Part shown: positions 37,928 through 48,353 of the stretch, piece after piece
How positions within the stretch are numbered: position 1 is the stretch's first letter
How the letters are laid out: each line of letters begins with the position of its first letter
Assembly (NCBI GenBank): GCA_039811685.1
Contig: JBDHZC010000004.1
Coordinates: forward strand, 192,001 to 256,000
Direction: 5' to 3'
Length of the DNA stretch: 64,000 bases
From: Armatimonadota bacterium
GTDB taxonomy: Bacteria > Armatimonadota > UBA5829 > DSUL01
Notes under the pieces: generated by a model
What the model saw: the letters and a program-made list of their open reading frames with translations, nothing else
The model's database searches: none
Told to the model about the DNA's origin: nothing
Translations under genes and position numbers: made by a program

Positions 37928-40919
37928 GGGTCTTGTGGGTCTCATGGGACGCATGATGGAGCCAGGCCCGTATCGTCTGCTTCGCATCCCACGGATCGCT
38001 TATCTCCAGGAACGCCCAGCGGCCGTAGCCGCCGTGGTTGTTGATGGCTGGAACCCACAGTGTCCGGGCCGTAGCGGTCTTCGCCGTCTTGTCCTTTCTC
38101 TTTTCACCGGAGCACTCGAGGATCAGGTTCAGCGTCTGTCCGTCCCCCTGCCGGACGTGGCAGATGAAGTCCGGGATGTAGCTGCGCTCCTCCCCGGAAA
38201 GCGAATAGGGAATTGTGAAGCCGAGGTTGTGGTTCTTGACGTAGTGTGCGACTTCGACCATCTCCTCCAGCGCCTGCGCAAGTTTTTGCTCCCACGACTC
38301 CGTGTCGGCCACGACGTGCGAGATGTGGCACTTTTCCGGATCGGTCGCATACACCGGGCGCGTTGTGTCGAAGTCCACGTAGCGCGTGGAGCCGACGGTG
38401 TCATACGGTCGCAGGATCGGTATCAGCCGCTTTTCGCCCTCCTGGGACGCCACAATCGCCCTGTAGATACGGTCGGCGGCGTCGTGCTGAAACTGGGTCA
38501 GGAGCATAAGCTGCGGGAAGCAGTTGTCCTTGCAGGTGAGGCATTCCTCAAGCCAGCGGCGGGCGATTTCGACCAGATCCGGGAAGTACCAGTGTTTGAT
38601 ATTACCCTCTTCGTCCCGGAAGTACGCCTCGAGCGTCCGTTTGGCCAGGATAAAGGCCACCTCTTGCATTCGGTGTTTGCGAAGGTCATCCAGGTTGTGA
38701 ATAACGGTTTCACCGACAAAGGCGCCCATCTTCGTGCGAGTGGTAACATCTTCGGTCGTGAGGGCGAAGCGTGAATCCTCTGTGAAATCTGCGGTCAGCC
38801 GCTCCGCGGGAAACTCATAGCGGTATCCCGAAACACGCGGGAAGGTGATCTCGCATGCAATCCGGTCTTCCAGCGCCCGGACGCGCGTGGGGATCGGTCC
38901 GGGTTTCGGGTCGGTCATCGAACCGGCCGCCGGGATAAAGGAAAACGGAACGCCGTACACCTCTGCGTATTCTGCGGGGAACAGCCCGTTGTCATCCGGC
39001 TGATGGCTCATTCGGCGCAGCCCGCGTCCAACCACCTGCTCACAGAGGAGCTGTGTCCCAAATGCGCGTACCCCGAGGATATGGGTCACGGTGTTCGCAT
39101 CCCAGCCTTCGGTGAGCATTGAGACTGAGACAACGCAGCGCACATGCTCCCCCAGCTTTCCCCGTTTACCGACCGTGTTCATAACCTCGCGCAGCAGGTC
39201 CTCATCGGTCAACTTGCTGGCGTCGCGTCCAGGGAAGCGCGCTACATACTCCGCCTTGAACTCCTCGATCTCGGCGGCGGCTATCTTCTTGAACTCATCG
39301 CTCATCGCCTCGCCCGATTCGAGCTGCTCGCTGTCAATCAGAATCGTGTTCGGACGGTGCAGCCACTGGCCGTGCTCGACATTGCTGAAAAGAGGGAGCG
39401 CCCCGGGCACATTGACCGTCTGGCCATCTTCGAGCGGTTTCTCCCATCCGGCGATGAAGTCGAAGACGAGCTTCGAAACGTTCGTGTTGTTGCAGACGAC
39501 AATGAACACCGGCGGAACGCCGGAATTACCGGCGTCATCTGTGCTCTGCTCCCACTGCCGGTAGTATTTCTCGTAGTTGCCGTAAAGGCTGCGAATGGCG
39601 CCTTCCAGCTCTGCTGGCAGCTTTGGTTCAACGGGAGCAGCCTCCGTGCCGCGGCCTTTTTTCGGGAGATCGTCCCGGATGCGCGTCCACAGATCGCGGT
39701 ACGTCGGCTGGTCGCCCGTCATGGAATCGTCCGCTACGGGCACGCGCGGGACTTTCACGATGCCGGACTCGATGGCGTCCACGAGAGAGAAGTCCGAGAC
39801 AACCCACGGGAACAACATCCCTTCCGGATAGCCTGACCCGCGAAGGAAGAACGGTGTTGCGGACAGATCGTAGATGGCCTTTACACCTATCTTGTTCTTG
39901 ACCGCCTCAATGCCTGATATCCAGACGCGGGCTGCTTCGTCGCGCTTCTGCGCCTCTTTGCGCTCATCGCCGGTCAGCTTTTCTTCGGGGGCTTCCGGCT
40001 TGCGCCTGTAGCAGTGGTGCGCTTCGTCGTTGATGACGATGATGTTCTTCTTCGAGCCAAATTGCCGGCACACTCTGCGCACCATTTCATCGGGCGTCTC
40101 CGTGAACGTCGAGCTTGACGAACCTCCACGCGACTGCAGCACCTCTTTGGTGAGCTTCCCGGCCGAGATCTTTTCCCGGTGGAGGAATGCGTGGTAGTTC
40201 GTGATGAGGATATTGGCCTGACCGAGATCTTCGCGCATGTCGGCGGGCACAACATCCATAGTCCGGTAGTAGTTGTCCCCGTCGTTTGGGAGCAACACGC
40301 GCAGGCGGTCTTTGATGGTGATTCCCGGCGTGATAATCAGAAAAGTATCGGAAAAGCGCGTGTCCTGCCGGTTTGCCAGCTTGTTGAGGGTGTGCCAGGC
40401 GATAAGCATGGCCATAACGACCGTCTTGCCAGTTCCCGTGGCCATCTTGAGCGCAAGGCGGTCCAAACCGGGATTGCTGGCGTTGTTGAAGTCTTTCAGC
40501 TTTGTGGCCAGGGACGCATCGCCCATTTTGCCCGCGCACTCGGTTAGGTAGATCAGAGTCTCCAGCGCTTCGATCTGGCAGAAGTAGAGCCGCCGCTCGC
40601 GATCTTCAGCGGTCCAGTGCGCAAGAAGCTGCCGGGTAACGGGGGTAACGCCTGGTCTGCCCTCCCGCCGCCACAATCCCACGCGCTCGCGCACCAGATT
40701 GATGAAGGTATTCTCTTCGATTCGCTCCTGCGTCCATTCCGTAGCCAGCACAAGCTGTTTGCTTTTCTTCTTGGCTTTTGGGACGGGAATGAAGTAGGAG
40801 CTGCGCCTGCGGCTTTCGACGATGTCGCTCGTGATGCCATCTTCATCGAAGCGGAAGTGGCGGCGGGGCTCCTCAAAAGGAGAGTTGATAACGGGGTTTT
40901 CGATTACGACCTGAGCCAT
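37914..40919 (-). CDS. res: type III-like restriction endonuclease (Res; SF2 helicase + PD-(D/E)xK nuclease)
   Basis: MATGTGKT, DEAHH, LSATP, SMLTEGWD and EQVVGRGLRR motifs; C-terminal YIPDF...LILECSG nuclease motif. Confidence 0.93.
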   Translation of the reverse strand: MAQVVIENPVINSPFEEPRRHFRFDEDGITSDIVESRRRSSYFIPVPKAKKKSKQLVLATEWTQERIEENTFINLVRERVGLWRREGRPGVTPVTRQLLAHWTAEDRERRLYFCQIEALETLIYLTECAGKMGDASLATKLKDFNNASNPGLDRLALKMATGTGKTVVMAMLIAWHTLNKLANRQDTRFSDTFLIITPGITIKDRLRVLLPNDGDNYYRTMDVVPADMREDLGQANILITNYHAFLHREKISAGKLTKEVLQSRGGSSSSTFTETPDEMVRRVCRQFGSKKNIIVINDEAHHCYRRKPEAPEEKLTGDERKEAQKRDEAARVWISGIEAVKNKIGVKAIYDLSATPFFLRGSGYPEGMLFPWVVSDFSLVDAIESGIVKVPRVPVADDSMTGDQPTYRDLWTRIRDDLPKKGRGTEAAPVEPKLPAELEGAIRSLYGNYEKYYRQWEQSTDDAGNSGVPPVFIVVCNNTNVSKLVFDFIAGWEKPLEDGQTVNVPGALPLFSNVEHGQWLHRPNTILIDSEQLESGEAMSDEFKKIAAAEIEEFKAEYVARFPGRDASKLTDEDLLREVMNTVGKRGKLGEHVRCVVSVSMLTEGWDANTVTHILGVRAFGTQLLCEQVVGRGLRRMSHQPDDNGLFPAEYAEVYGVPFSFIPAAGSMTDPKPGPIPTRVRALEDRIACEITFPRVSGYRYEFPAERLTADFTEDSRFALTTEDVTTRTKMGAFVGETVIHNLDDLRKHRMQEVAFILAKRTLEAYFRDEEGNIKHWYFPDLVEIARRWLEECLTCKDNCFPQLMLLTQFQHDAADRIYRAIVASQEGEKRLIPILRPYDTVGSTRYVDFDTTRPVYATDPEKCHISHVVADTESWEQKLAQALEEMVEVAHYVKNHNLGFTIPYSLSGEERSYIPDFICHVRQGDGQTLNLILECSGEKRKDKTAKTATARTLWVPAINNHGGYGRWAFLEISDPWDAKQTIRAWLHHASHETHKTHADV
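37925..37953. repeat. 29-bp direct repeat at the res/four-helix junction
   Basis: catgggtcttgtgggtctcatgggacgca; built from 9-bp units. Confidence 0.9.
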
Positions 40920-41143
40920 GGTATCTCGTGTCAGCCGTGTAGTCCGCGCACGCTGATCAGCTTAATATAGCGAATCACCGGCCTGCGGTCAATCAGAAGC
41001 TGAAGGAGAGAGCGCAATACAGCCCAATTTCGTCCCCTGGAACCTGCCCCCGACTTTTGTTCGTTGGGCTAAAATGGAGTGGTTCGCACAGCCGCTCCCA
41101 GTGCGTCAGCATCCGCTCGGTCAACAGTAGGGGTTTTGTGTCT

Positions 41144-44107
41144 ATGTCTCAAGACAAAATCATCATTCACGGCGCGCGCCAGCACAACCTTAAAGATATC
41201 GATCTTGAGATTCCGCGCGACAAATTGGTGGTGATTACGGGACTGTCCGGCTCGGGCAAGTCTTCGCTGGCCTTTGACACCATTTATGCGGAGGGGCAAC
41301 GCCGGTATGTAGAGTCGCTCTCAGCCTACGCGCGGCAGTTTCTGGGGCAGATGGACAAGCCGGATGTTGACGACATTCAGGGGCTGTCACCCGCCGTCTC
41401 CATCGACCAGAAATCCACCACGCGCAATCCGCGCTCTACTGTTGGCACGGTGACGGAGATTTATGACTACCTGCGCCTGCTGTTTGCCAGGGTGGGGACC
41501 CCGCACTGTCCGAAGTGCGGTCAGGCGGTTGCCCAGCAGACCACAGAGCAGATTGTGGATACCGTCCTCAGCCTGCCGGAGGGTAGCCGGCTTCAGATTC
41601 TCGCTCCTCTCGTGCGTGGTCGCAAAGGCACGTATCAAACGGTTATTGACGACGTCCGCCAGCAGGGGTACGTCCGCGTGCGCGTTGACGGGCAGATGCA
41701 CGAGGTGACCGACGACATTGAGATGGATCGCTACAAGCAGCACACCATCGAGGTTGTCATTGACCGCATCGTGCTGCGCTCGGACGCCGGGCAGCGCATC
41801 TCTGATTCTATCTCCACGGCCCTGCGCTTGGCCGGTGGCAACGTGAGCGTTTTCGTTCAGTCCCGTAAAGAAGGCGACCAGGACGGCTTTGATGAGCAGG
41901 AGCTCACCTTCAGCGAACACTTCGCATGCCCGAACTGCGGCGTCAGTCTGGAAGAGGTCGCACCTCGTAACTTCTCCTTCAACTCTCCCTATGGCGCCTG
42001 CCCTGAGTGCCACGGGCTGGGTGCGTTTCAGAAGATAGACGCCGACCTTGTCATCCCGAACAAAAAGCTGTCAATCAATCAGGGAGCTATTGCGCCACTC
42101 GCTCGCTCGACCAGCGAATACTGGCAGAAGGTTCTAAAGGGAGTTGGCGAGGCGTACGGCTTTACAATGGATACGCCTGTTGAAGACCTGACTGCCAAAC
42201 AGTTTCAGATTTTGCTCAACGGTTCCGATCGGCAAATCGAAATACACTCTGAGAGCAGGTATGGGCGCGGGAGCGTGTGGCAGACCCGCTTTGAGGGCGT
42301 GCTCAACTGGCTGGACAGGCGCTACAGAGAATCGACGTCTCCTCAGCTTCGCGAAGAGACCGAAAGACTGATGACCAGCCACCCGTGTCCGTCCTGTCAC
42401 GGCGCTCGCCTGAAGCCGGAGAGCCTGGCCGTAACACTGGGGGATCGCAATATTTCGCAGGTGACGGAGCTGTCAGTCAGCGCCGCACTGGACTTCTTCG
42501 ACGGACTCGCTCTTTCTGAGCGTCAGCAGATTATCGCGCGGCAGGTCGTCAAAGAAATCAAAGTACGTCTAGGTTTTCTACGAGATGTTGGACTGACCTA
42601 CCTGACTCTCAACCGTGCAGCAGGCACGCTTGCGGGGGGCGAGGCTCAGCGCATCCGTCTTGCGACGCAGATAGGCTCCGGCCTGATGGGCGTCTTGTAC
42701 ATTCTGGACGAACCAAGCATCGGGCTTCACCAGCGCGACAACCATCGCCTCATTGAGACTCTTGTGCGCCTGCGCGATCTCGGGAACACGATCATCGTTG
42801 TGGAGCATGACGAGGACACGATGCGGGCCGCGGACTGGATCATTGATATTGGTCCGGGAGCCGGAGAGCACGGCGGCTTTGTCGTGTCCGCAGGTCCGAT
42901 CGAGGAGATTATCAGAAATTCGGAGTCTTTTACCGGCCGCTACCTCGCCGGAGTTGAGCGCATCGAAGTCCCGGTTGAGCGCCGATCGCCAAACGGCAAG
43001 TTTGTCGAAGTCAAAGGCGCTACGCAGCACAACCTTAAGAACATAGACGTGCGCATCCCGCTTGGAGTATTTACCTGCGTGACCGGAGTCTCTGGTTCTG
43101 GCAAGTCGACTCTGATTCAGGAGACTTTGTATCCGCGGCTGATGCGCGAAGTCTATGGAACCTTCCGTGGCGCGGGCAAGCACAGAGAAATGAAGGGGGC
43201 GGAGAACGTCGACAAGGTCATCGACATCAATCAGTCCCCGATCGGTCGCACGCCGCGTTCAAATCCAGCCACCTACACGGGTGTTTTCGATATGATCCGG
43301 CAACTCTTCGCTCAGACTCCGGATGCCCGTATGCGTGGGTACAAGCCCGGCCGTTTCAGCTTCAACGTGAAGGGAGGCCGCTGCGAGTCATGCCACGGGG
43401 ATGGGATCATCAAGATTGAGATGCACTTCCTGCCGGACGTCTATATTCCGTGCGAGGTGTGCAAAGGCAAGCGTTATAACCGGGAAACGCTGGAGGTTCG
43501 CTACAAAGGCAAGACAATCGCGGACGTTCTGGACATGACCGTCCAACAGGCGCTGGAGTTCTTCCGAAATATTCCTCCCATCGCGCGAAAGCTCTCGACA
43601 ATTCACGATGTTGGACTGGACTATATCAAGCTGGGACAACCCGCGACACAGCTTTCGGGGGGTGAGGCCCAGCGCGTGAAGCTGGCTACGGAACTGGCCA
43701 AGCGCGGCACAGGGAAGACCCTGTATATTCTCGATGAGCCCACCACCGGACTCCATTTCCACGACATCAAGAAGCTGCTGGAAGTCTTGCAGCGCCTGAC
43801 TTCTCAGGGCAACTCTGTACTGGTTATTGAGCATAACCTGGACGTCATCAAGACAGCAGACTGGATTATTGATATGGGGCCGGAAGGTGGCGAGCAGGGC
43901 GGTACAGTCGTGGCGCTGGGGACACCAGAAGCTGTCGCCGCGTGCGAAGCCAGTCATACCGGACGCTTTCTCAGGCCCATGCTGGACGCAGAGAAAGTGC
44001 AGCAGGCGGCGTTGAATGCCTCCATAGATTCAGCCTCCGAGAACGGCAGCGGCCGACGTCGTCCGGCTAGAAAAAGCGCGGTGAAAAAGGTGGAGGCTGC
44101 CGCTTAG
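41144..44107 (+). CDS. uvrA: excinuclease ABC subunit A
   Basis: Two ABC modules ([18 protein letters not shown]); LSGGEAQR; zinc fingers; start MSQDKI. Confidence 0.99.
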   Translation: MSQDKIIIHGARQHNLKDIDLEIPRDKLVVITGLSGSGKSSLAFDTIYAEGQRRYVESLSAYARQFLGQMDKPDVDDIQGLSPAVSIDQKSTTRNPRSTVGTVTEIYDYLRLLFARVGTPHCPKCGQAVAQQTTEQIVDTVLSLPEGSRLQILAPLVRGRKGTYQTVIDDVRQQGYVRVRVDGQMHEVTDDIEMDRYKQHTIEVVIDRIVLRSDAGQRISDSISTALRLAGGNVSVFVQSRKEGDQDGFDEQELTFSEHFACPNCGVSLEEVAPRNFSFNSPYGACPECHGLGAFQKIDADLVIPNKKLSINQGAIAPLARSTSEYWQKVLKGVGEAYGFTMDTPVEDLTAKQFQILLNGSDRQIEIHSESRYGRGSVWQTRFEGVLNWLDRRYRESTSPQLREETERLMTSHPCPSCHGARLKPESLAVTLGDRNISQVTELSVSAALDFFDGLALSERQQIIARQVVKEIKVRLGFLRDVGLTYLTLNRAAGTLAGGEAQRIRLATQIGSGLMGVLYILDEPSIGLHQRDNHRLIETLVRLRDLGNTIIVVEHDEDTMRAADWIIDIGPGAGEHGGFVVSAGPIEEIIRNSESFTGRYLAGVERIEVPVERRSPNGKFVEVKGATQHNLKNIDVRIPLGVFTCVTGVSGSGKSTLIQETLYPRLMREVYGTFRGAGKHREMKGAENVDKVIDINQSPIGRTPRSNPATYTGVFDMIRQLFAQTPDARMRGYKPGRFSFNVKGGRCESCHGDGIIKIEMHFLPDVYIPCEVCKGKRYNRETLEVRYKGKTIADVLDMTVQQALEFFRNIPPIARKLSTIHDVGLDYIKLGQPATQLSGGEAQRVKLATELAKRGTGKTLYILDEPTTGLHFHDIKKLLEVLQRLTSQGNSVLVIEHNLDVIKTADWIIDMGPEGGEQGGTVVALGTPEAVAACEASHTGRFLRPMLDAEKVQQAALNASIDSASENGSGRRRPARKSAVKKVEAAA

Positions 44108-44116
44108 AGGGACGCC

Positions 44117-44782
44117 CTAGCTCTCCCGCTCGAAGACGACGCGGGCCGGGCTTCCGTCTGCGCCTGCGAACTTGGCGGGCAGGCAGATCATCTTCCACCA
44201 CCCACCGCCGACGTCCGTCAGATCCAGCCCTTCCACCGCAATGACGCGCGCGCCAAGGACGATATCGTGGACAGTATGCGAGCCTGTGTTGAAGCCTTCG
44301 ATAGAGAGATAGTCAACGCCAATCAGGCGAATTCCTCTCTCCACAAGCCAGCGTGCCCCCGACTCTCCAATGTGCGCATAGTCCCGGGTAAAATCTCTGA
44401 TTCGCATCAGACCTCGAGTCGTATTGGAAGTTCGCAGAATCAGGCGCTGGCATTCAGGCGTATTTTGCAGATCATTCGCTTCAATTGCGCCCCTATGCTG
44501 TGCCAGATCCAATACATAGGCGGGGCCAATCAGGGTGTCAAGATTGAGGGTATCCACTCCTTCATCGCAATCGACAAAGTGGCATGGGGCGTCGAGGTGG
44601 GTTCCGGCATGGGCGGAAAAGCGCGCGTGAGTGAGGTTGCAGGAGTCACCGTTGCGGATTGAGGAAATGCGTTGTAACTCAACGGGTGGGTCTGTCGGCC
44701 AGACCGGCGTACCCGGCCCAAGCGGGACGGAAGCGTCTACGCGGGTTGTCCGGCGTGCATCCTGCATTGTGGAGCGGCTCAC
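44117..44782 (-). CDS. cyclase family protein (kynurenine formamidase-like)
   Basis: HAGTHLDAPCHF, IGVDYLS and DGSPAR motifs. Confidence 0.92.
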   Translation of the reverse strand: MSRSTMQDARRTTRVDASVPLGPGTPVWPTDPPVELQRISSIRNGDSCNLTHARFSAHAGTHLDAPCHFVDCDEGVDTLNLDTLIGPAYVLDLAQHRGAIEANDLQNTPECQRLILRTSNTTRGLMRIRDFTRDYAHIGESGARWLVERGIRLIGVDYLSIEGFNTGSHTVHDIVLGARVIAVEGLDLTDVGGGWWKMICLPAKFAGADGSPARVVFERES

Positions 44783-45018
44783 TCCTGGATCAGTATTCGG
44801 ATTCGACTTCTCAGAGTCTCAGGACACCGGCACTCCTGTCCCTTTTCTCTCACAACTTTCCAGAATGAGGCCTCGAACTCGAACAGCCCGCAGCAGTGTC
44901 TGCAAATGTTCAGGTGCTCTTCGACCTCTTCAAGTGATGCAGTCGCGCCTTCCCTGTCAAGGAATTCGTACAACCGCGCGACTGCCTCCCGGCAGCTAAT
45001 CTGTCTGCGTTCCGACAT
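44779..45018 (-). CDS. zinc-binding anti-sigma factor (zf-HC2, RsrA-like)
   Basis: [11 protein letters not shown]...HLNICRHC (HxxxCxxC); directly after the ECF sigma gene. Confidence 0.88.
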   Translation of the reverse strand: MSERRQISCREAVARLYEFLDREGATASLEEVEEHLNICRHCCGLFEFEASFWKVVREKGQECRCPETLRSRIRILIQE

Positions 45019-45577
45019 ATCCCATTTCACGAGCCTGCTCGTAAAGCAATTTCTGTAAGAGTTTGCGCCCTCGATAGAGCCGAGAGCGGACGGTGCCAAT
45101 TGGAATCCCGAGAATGTCCGCGATTTCCTGATACGCGAATCCTTCCACAGCGTTCAGAATGACAACCATTCGGAACTCCTCTGGGAGCTTGTCGATGGCG
45201 GCCATAATGTCCTCGTGGACGAACTTCCCCAGGACCTGGGATTCCGGGTTTTCCGATCCCTGATTGTTGCGGCTGACTTCATTGAGAAAGTAGAAGTCTT
45301 CAACTTCTGGCAGATCAACACGTTCTGGCTCTCTGGATTTCTTTCGGTAGCTGTTGATGAACGTGTTGGCCAAAATTCTAAACAGCCACGCCCTGATGTT
45401 TGTTCCGCGTTTGTACTGATCAAAGTGACGAAATGCAAGCAGCATTGTCTCCTGAACCAGGTCTTCGGCCTCCGCGGGGTTGCGCGTCATGCGCATTGCG
45501 CCCGAATAGAGGCTGTCCAGGTGCGGAATGGCCAGTTCTTCAAATTCTCTGCGTGTGCTGTTATCTGTTGCCGTCAT
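44996..45577 (-). CDS. ECF sigma factor (SigR/SigH-like)
   Basis: [28 protein letters not shown] and YQEIA.IL.IP.GTV.SRL.RGR motifs. Confidence 0.93.
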   Translation of the reverse strand: MTATDNSTRREFEELAIPHLDSLYSGAMRMTRNPAEAEDLVQETMLLAFRHFDQYKRGTNIRAWLFRILANTFINSYRKKSREPERVDLPEVEDFYFLNEVSRNNQGSENPESQVLGKFVHEDIMAAIDKLPEEFRMVVILNAVEGFAYQEIADILGIPIGTVRSRLYRGRKLLQKLLYEQAREMGYVGTQTD

Positions 45578-45769
45578 GGTCGCATGCCCTGCTGCAGCTT
45601 CGTGGGCACAAGTTCGCCTGTTCTGGAGCGCCGCATCTCCAGCTAGCCGGAGTATACCCAAGCCACTCGGATAAGGCTACAGCGAACGGCCTGATACTCC
45701 GCTCGGCCTGAATTCTTGTTTGCGCAATGCGCCGACTGCAGTACAGAGTGTAGGGCGAGGTCTAATTCA

Positions 45770-46300
45770 TTGTCAGATCTATTTCCCATCTACTGCCGCT
45801 CGTGCCACAAGCAGATTGACGCCTCAGCTCGCGTCTGTCCGTTTTGCGGAGAGGCGCAGGGACTGAGCGGCGCCACTCCATCTCCTCCCGCATATACACC
45901 CGGCCCTTCGCAGCAAGCCTCTCAGAGCGCTACCGCAACCCAGACGTCTGCCGGCGCCCTGGATTTTTGCCCGTATTGTCAGACGCAGGTCACTTCTGGA
46001 GATATTTACTGTCGCGCATGTGGACATGCGCTTGTGCCCGGTGTCCGGATGTCCGACTCAGATGTCGCGCAGGCCTATGCTATCAGCGCTGTCATAGCAG
46101 CTCTGCTGTGCGCTTCCCCGGCGGCGGTCGTTCTTGGCTTGATTGCGATGGTTAAGGGGTCTCGCGGTCTGGGCTGTGCGGCTATTGTTCTGTTTCTTAT
46201 GGTCAGCGCCGTGTTGGCGTGGATGTCATTTGGCGCTGTGCACTCTCTGCTTCCACACGCTCTTCCCAGGTCTTTGCCCGGGCTGGGGCTGCCCGAGTGA
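45770..46300 (+). CDS. double zinc-ribbon membrane protein
   Basis: Two CxxC..CxxC ribbons, a Pro/Gln linker and two C-terminal TM helices; GAGG SD before TTG at 45770. Confidence 0.65.
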   Translation: MSDLFPIYCRSCHKQIDASARVCPFCGEAQGLSGATPSPPAYTPGPSQQASQSATATQTSAGALDFCPYCQTQVTSGDIYCRACGHALVPGVRMSDSDVAQAYAISAVIAALLCASPAAVVLGLIAMVKGSRGLGCAAIVLFLMVSAVLAWMSFGAVHSLLPHALPRSLPGLGLPE

Positions 46301-46330
46301 ACCAAAGACGCTGGATTTTCGGTATTATTA

Positions 46331-46753
46331 GTGTGGCGGATGTCGAGCGGCCGACTGACCTGTGTCAATCGGTACAGTGTCAGTAGGAAAGTCCGGGCTC
46401 CACAGGGCAGGGTGCCGGATAACGTCCGGGGCCGGACGGGGCTGCGCTCCCAGAGCGCTCAGGCCTCCAGGAGCGATACGCGTCCGGTACGGAAAGTGCC
46501 ACAGAAAAGAAAACTCTGACGCGCGGTTGGGATTTCCCGCCAGCGCTCAGAAAAGCTGAAACGGTGGTGTAAGAGACCACCAGGCCCGTCGAGAGGCGGG
46601 CGCTGGGTAAACCCCACCTGGAGCAAGGCAAGGAGAGGGAGCCCGCGGCCCGCGGTTTCCTCTCCGGTGCAGACCGCTTGAGCCGCAGCGCAAGCTGCGG
46701 CCTAGATAGATGGCCGCATAGAACAGAACCCGGCTTACGGACATCCGCCACGC
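46331..46753 (+). ncRNA. rnpB: RNase P RNA (type A)
   Basis: AGGAAAGTCCGGGCTC, GGAAAGTGCCACAGAAA, GGTAAACCCCACCTGGAGCAAG and ACAGAACCCGGCTTAC; P1 pairing GTGGCGGATGTC/GACATCCGCCAC. Confidence 0.97.
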
Positions 46754-46923
46754 TTTCGGTCCTGCCAGGACATGTTCGGACTGTCTGCTCTGATTTCCCG
46801 TTGGGCCGCCTTTTCACTTGGTAAGACACCGTCCGCGCTGTAGTTTGTATAAGTTATCTCAACATAGTTGTATTCACCTGGACTGTTAAGAGGGGTTGGT
46901 AAGGGCACTGAACTAACAGCCAC

Positions 46924-47508
46924 TCACGCACTCTTATCGCTGAGTGCCCGCTCAATTCTTGTATCTGGAATCAGCCACATAACAGCTACCAGCACAAAGA
47001 TTGTCTGAGCCAGCCATGGCCGCACGAAAGCAAGTGCGAACGCCAGCAAATACAGCAGTGTTGATGCCTTCCCCTTCTGATCTTTGCCGATGGCCTTCTT
47101 GAGAACTGAATCCGTGCCCTGAGAGCGGATGATCGCTGCTTGAAGAACAAAGTAAGCAGTGGCTGTGGCCAGAAGATCGATCGCGTAAACGGCGGTCGGA
47201 AGGGTCGAATCGTGGTTGTTTCCCATCCATCCTGTAGTCACGGGCAATAGCGACAGCCAGAAGAGCAGATGGAGATTCGCCCAGAGAATCGCTCCCGTCA
47301 CGCGTTTACATGTGTGCAGCATGTGATGGTGGTTGTTCCAGTAGATACCAACATAGATGAAGCTCAGCACGTAGCTGAGAAAAACCGGCAGAAGCCCGGA
47401 CAAGGCGCCAGCTGTATTGCCGTGCGGGACTTTGAGCTCCAGGACCATAATCGTGATGATTATCGCCAGTACGCCGTCGCTGAAAGCCTCCATCCGTCCT
47501 GTGCCCAC
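46924..47508 (-). CDS. TMEM175-family potassium channel-like protein
   Basis: RMEAFSDGVLAIIITIMVLEL and YWNNHHH motifs. Confidence 0.93.
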   Translation of the reverse strand: MGTGRMEAFSDGVLAIIITIMVLELKVPHGNTAGALSGLLPVFLSYVLSFIYVGIYWNNHHHMLHTCKRVTGAILWANLHLLFWLSLLPVTTGWMGNNHDSTLPTAVYAIDLLATATAYFVLQAAIIRSQGTDSVLKKAIGKDQKGKASTLLYLLAFALAFVRPWLAQTIFVLVAVMWLIPDTRIERALSDKSA

Positions 47509-47627
47509 TGCTGTCTTGCTCCACCCTCCTCTTGGCTGACGCGCGCATTATAATCAAGGCAAATATCGCCCGGCACGCTGCGCTCGCGGGCAAGCTGGTC
47601 CTGCCTTGGCAGTAGTAAGATGAGCCT

Positions 47628-48236
47628 ATGACTACTGAGAGACTCCAGCAACAGATAGGATTCATCCTTGAGATCGACAAGCTCAAACGGGTATTGCGGC
47701 AGACTGTGCTCACCGATGCCTCGCGTCCGGAAAACAGCGCCGAACACTCGTGGCACATTGCGCTGATGGCCTTTCTTCTTCAGGACTACGCCGCGGGCGA
47801 TATCGACCCAATGCGCGTGGCAAAAATGCTCCTCATTCACGACATCGTGGAGATCGATTGCGGAGACACGTATTGCTACGACGAGCAGGGGATGATCGGC
47901 AAGTACGAACGTGAGCAGGCGGCGGCAAAGCGGATTTTCGGTCTTCTGCCAGCGGATCAGTCAGCAGAGCTTCTGGAGCTTTGGGAAGAGTTCGAGGCGC
48001 GAGAGACGAATGACTCCCGATACGCCAATGCGCTGGATCGCTTCCAGCCATTGCTGCACAACTTTGCGACTGAGGGACTGACGTGGCGCGACCACGGCGT
48101 AACTGCGGACAAAGTCCTGGCGCGCAACCAGCACATTGCGGATGGCGCGCCGGATGTGTGGGAGTATGCCAGAGAAATGATCCGGGAAGCAGTAGCTCGG
48201 GGCTATCTTCTTGAGTCGAAAAAGTCTCCTCTCTGA
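47628..48236 (+). CDS. HD-domain hydrolase (YfbR/HDDC2-like)
   Basis: DKLK.VLR, ENSAEHSWH, IHDIVE and LW.EFE motifs. Confidence 0.92.
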   Translation: MTTERLQQQIGFILEIDKLKRVLRQTVLTDASRPENSAEHSWHIALMAFLLQDYAAGDIDPMRVAKMLLIHDIVEIDCGDTYCYDEQGMIGKYEREQAAAKRIFGLLPADQSAELLELWEEFEARETNDSRYANALDRFQPLLHNFATEGLTWRDHGVTADKVLARNQHIADGAPDVWEYAREMIREAVARGYLLESKKSPL

Positions 48237-48353
48237 GTGCCGCGCGCGGAAGGTCTTGACAGGGCAATTCTCGAAGCTTTTCCAACATACAGGCGGCTGT
48301 GCCGCTATCTGTCCATGGTACGATCCGGTGATTCACAGTTGGTAGAGGTGCGA

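Noticed and set aside
34882..38774. Several ~300-aa plus-strand ORFs opposite mod and res
   Set aside because: High-GC3 shadow frames of well-supported minus-strand genes.
41050..41063. Possible LexA box upstream of uvrA (CCGAC-TTTT-GTTCG)
   Set aside because: Only one half matches GAAC-N4-GTTC, and no convincing counterpart was found before recA.
46331..46829. Small ORFs overlapping 46331-46829
   Set aside because: The region is explained by RNase P RNA.
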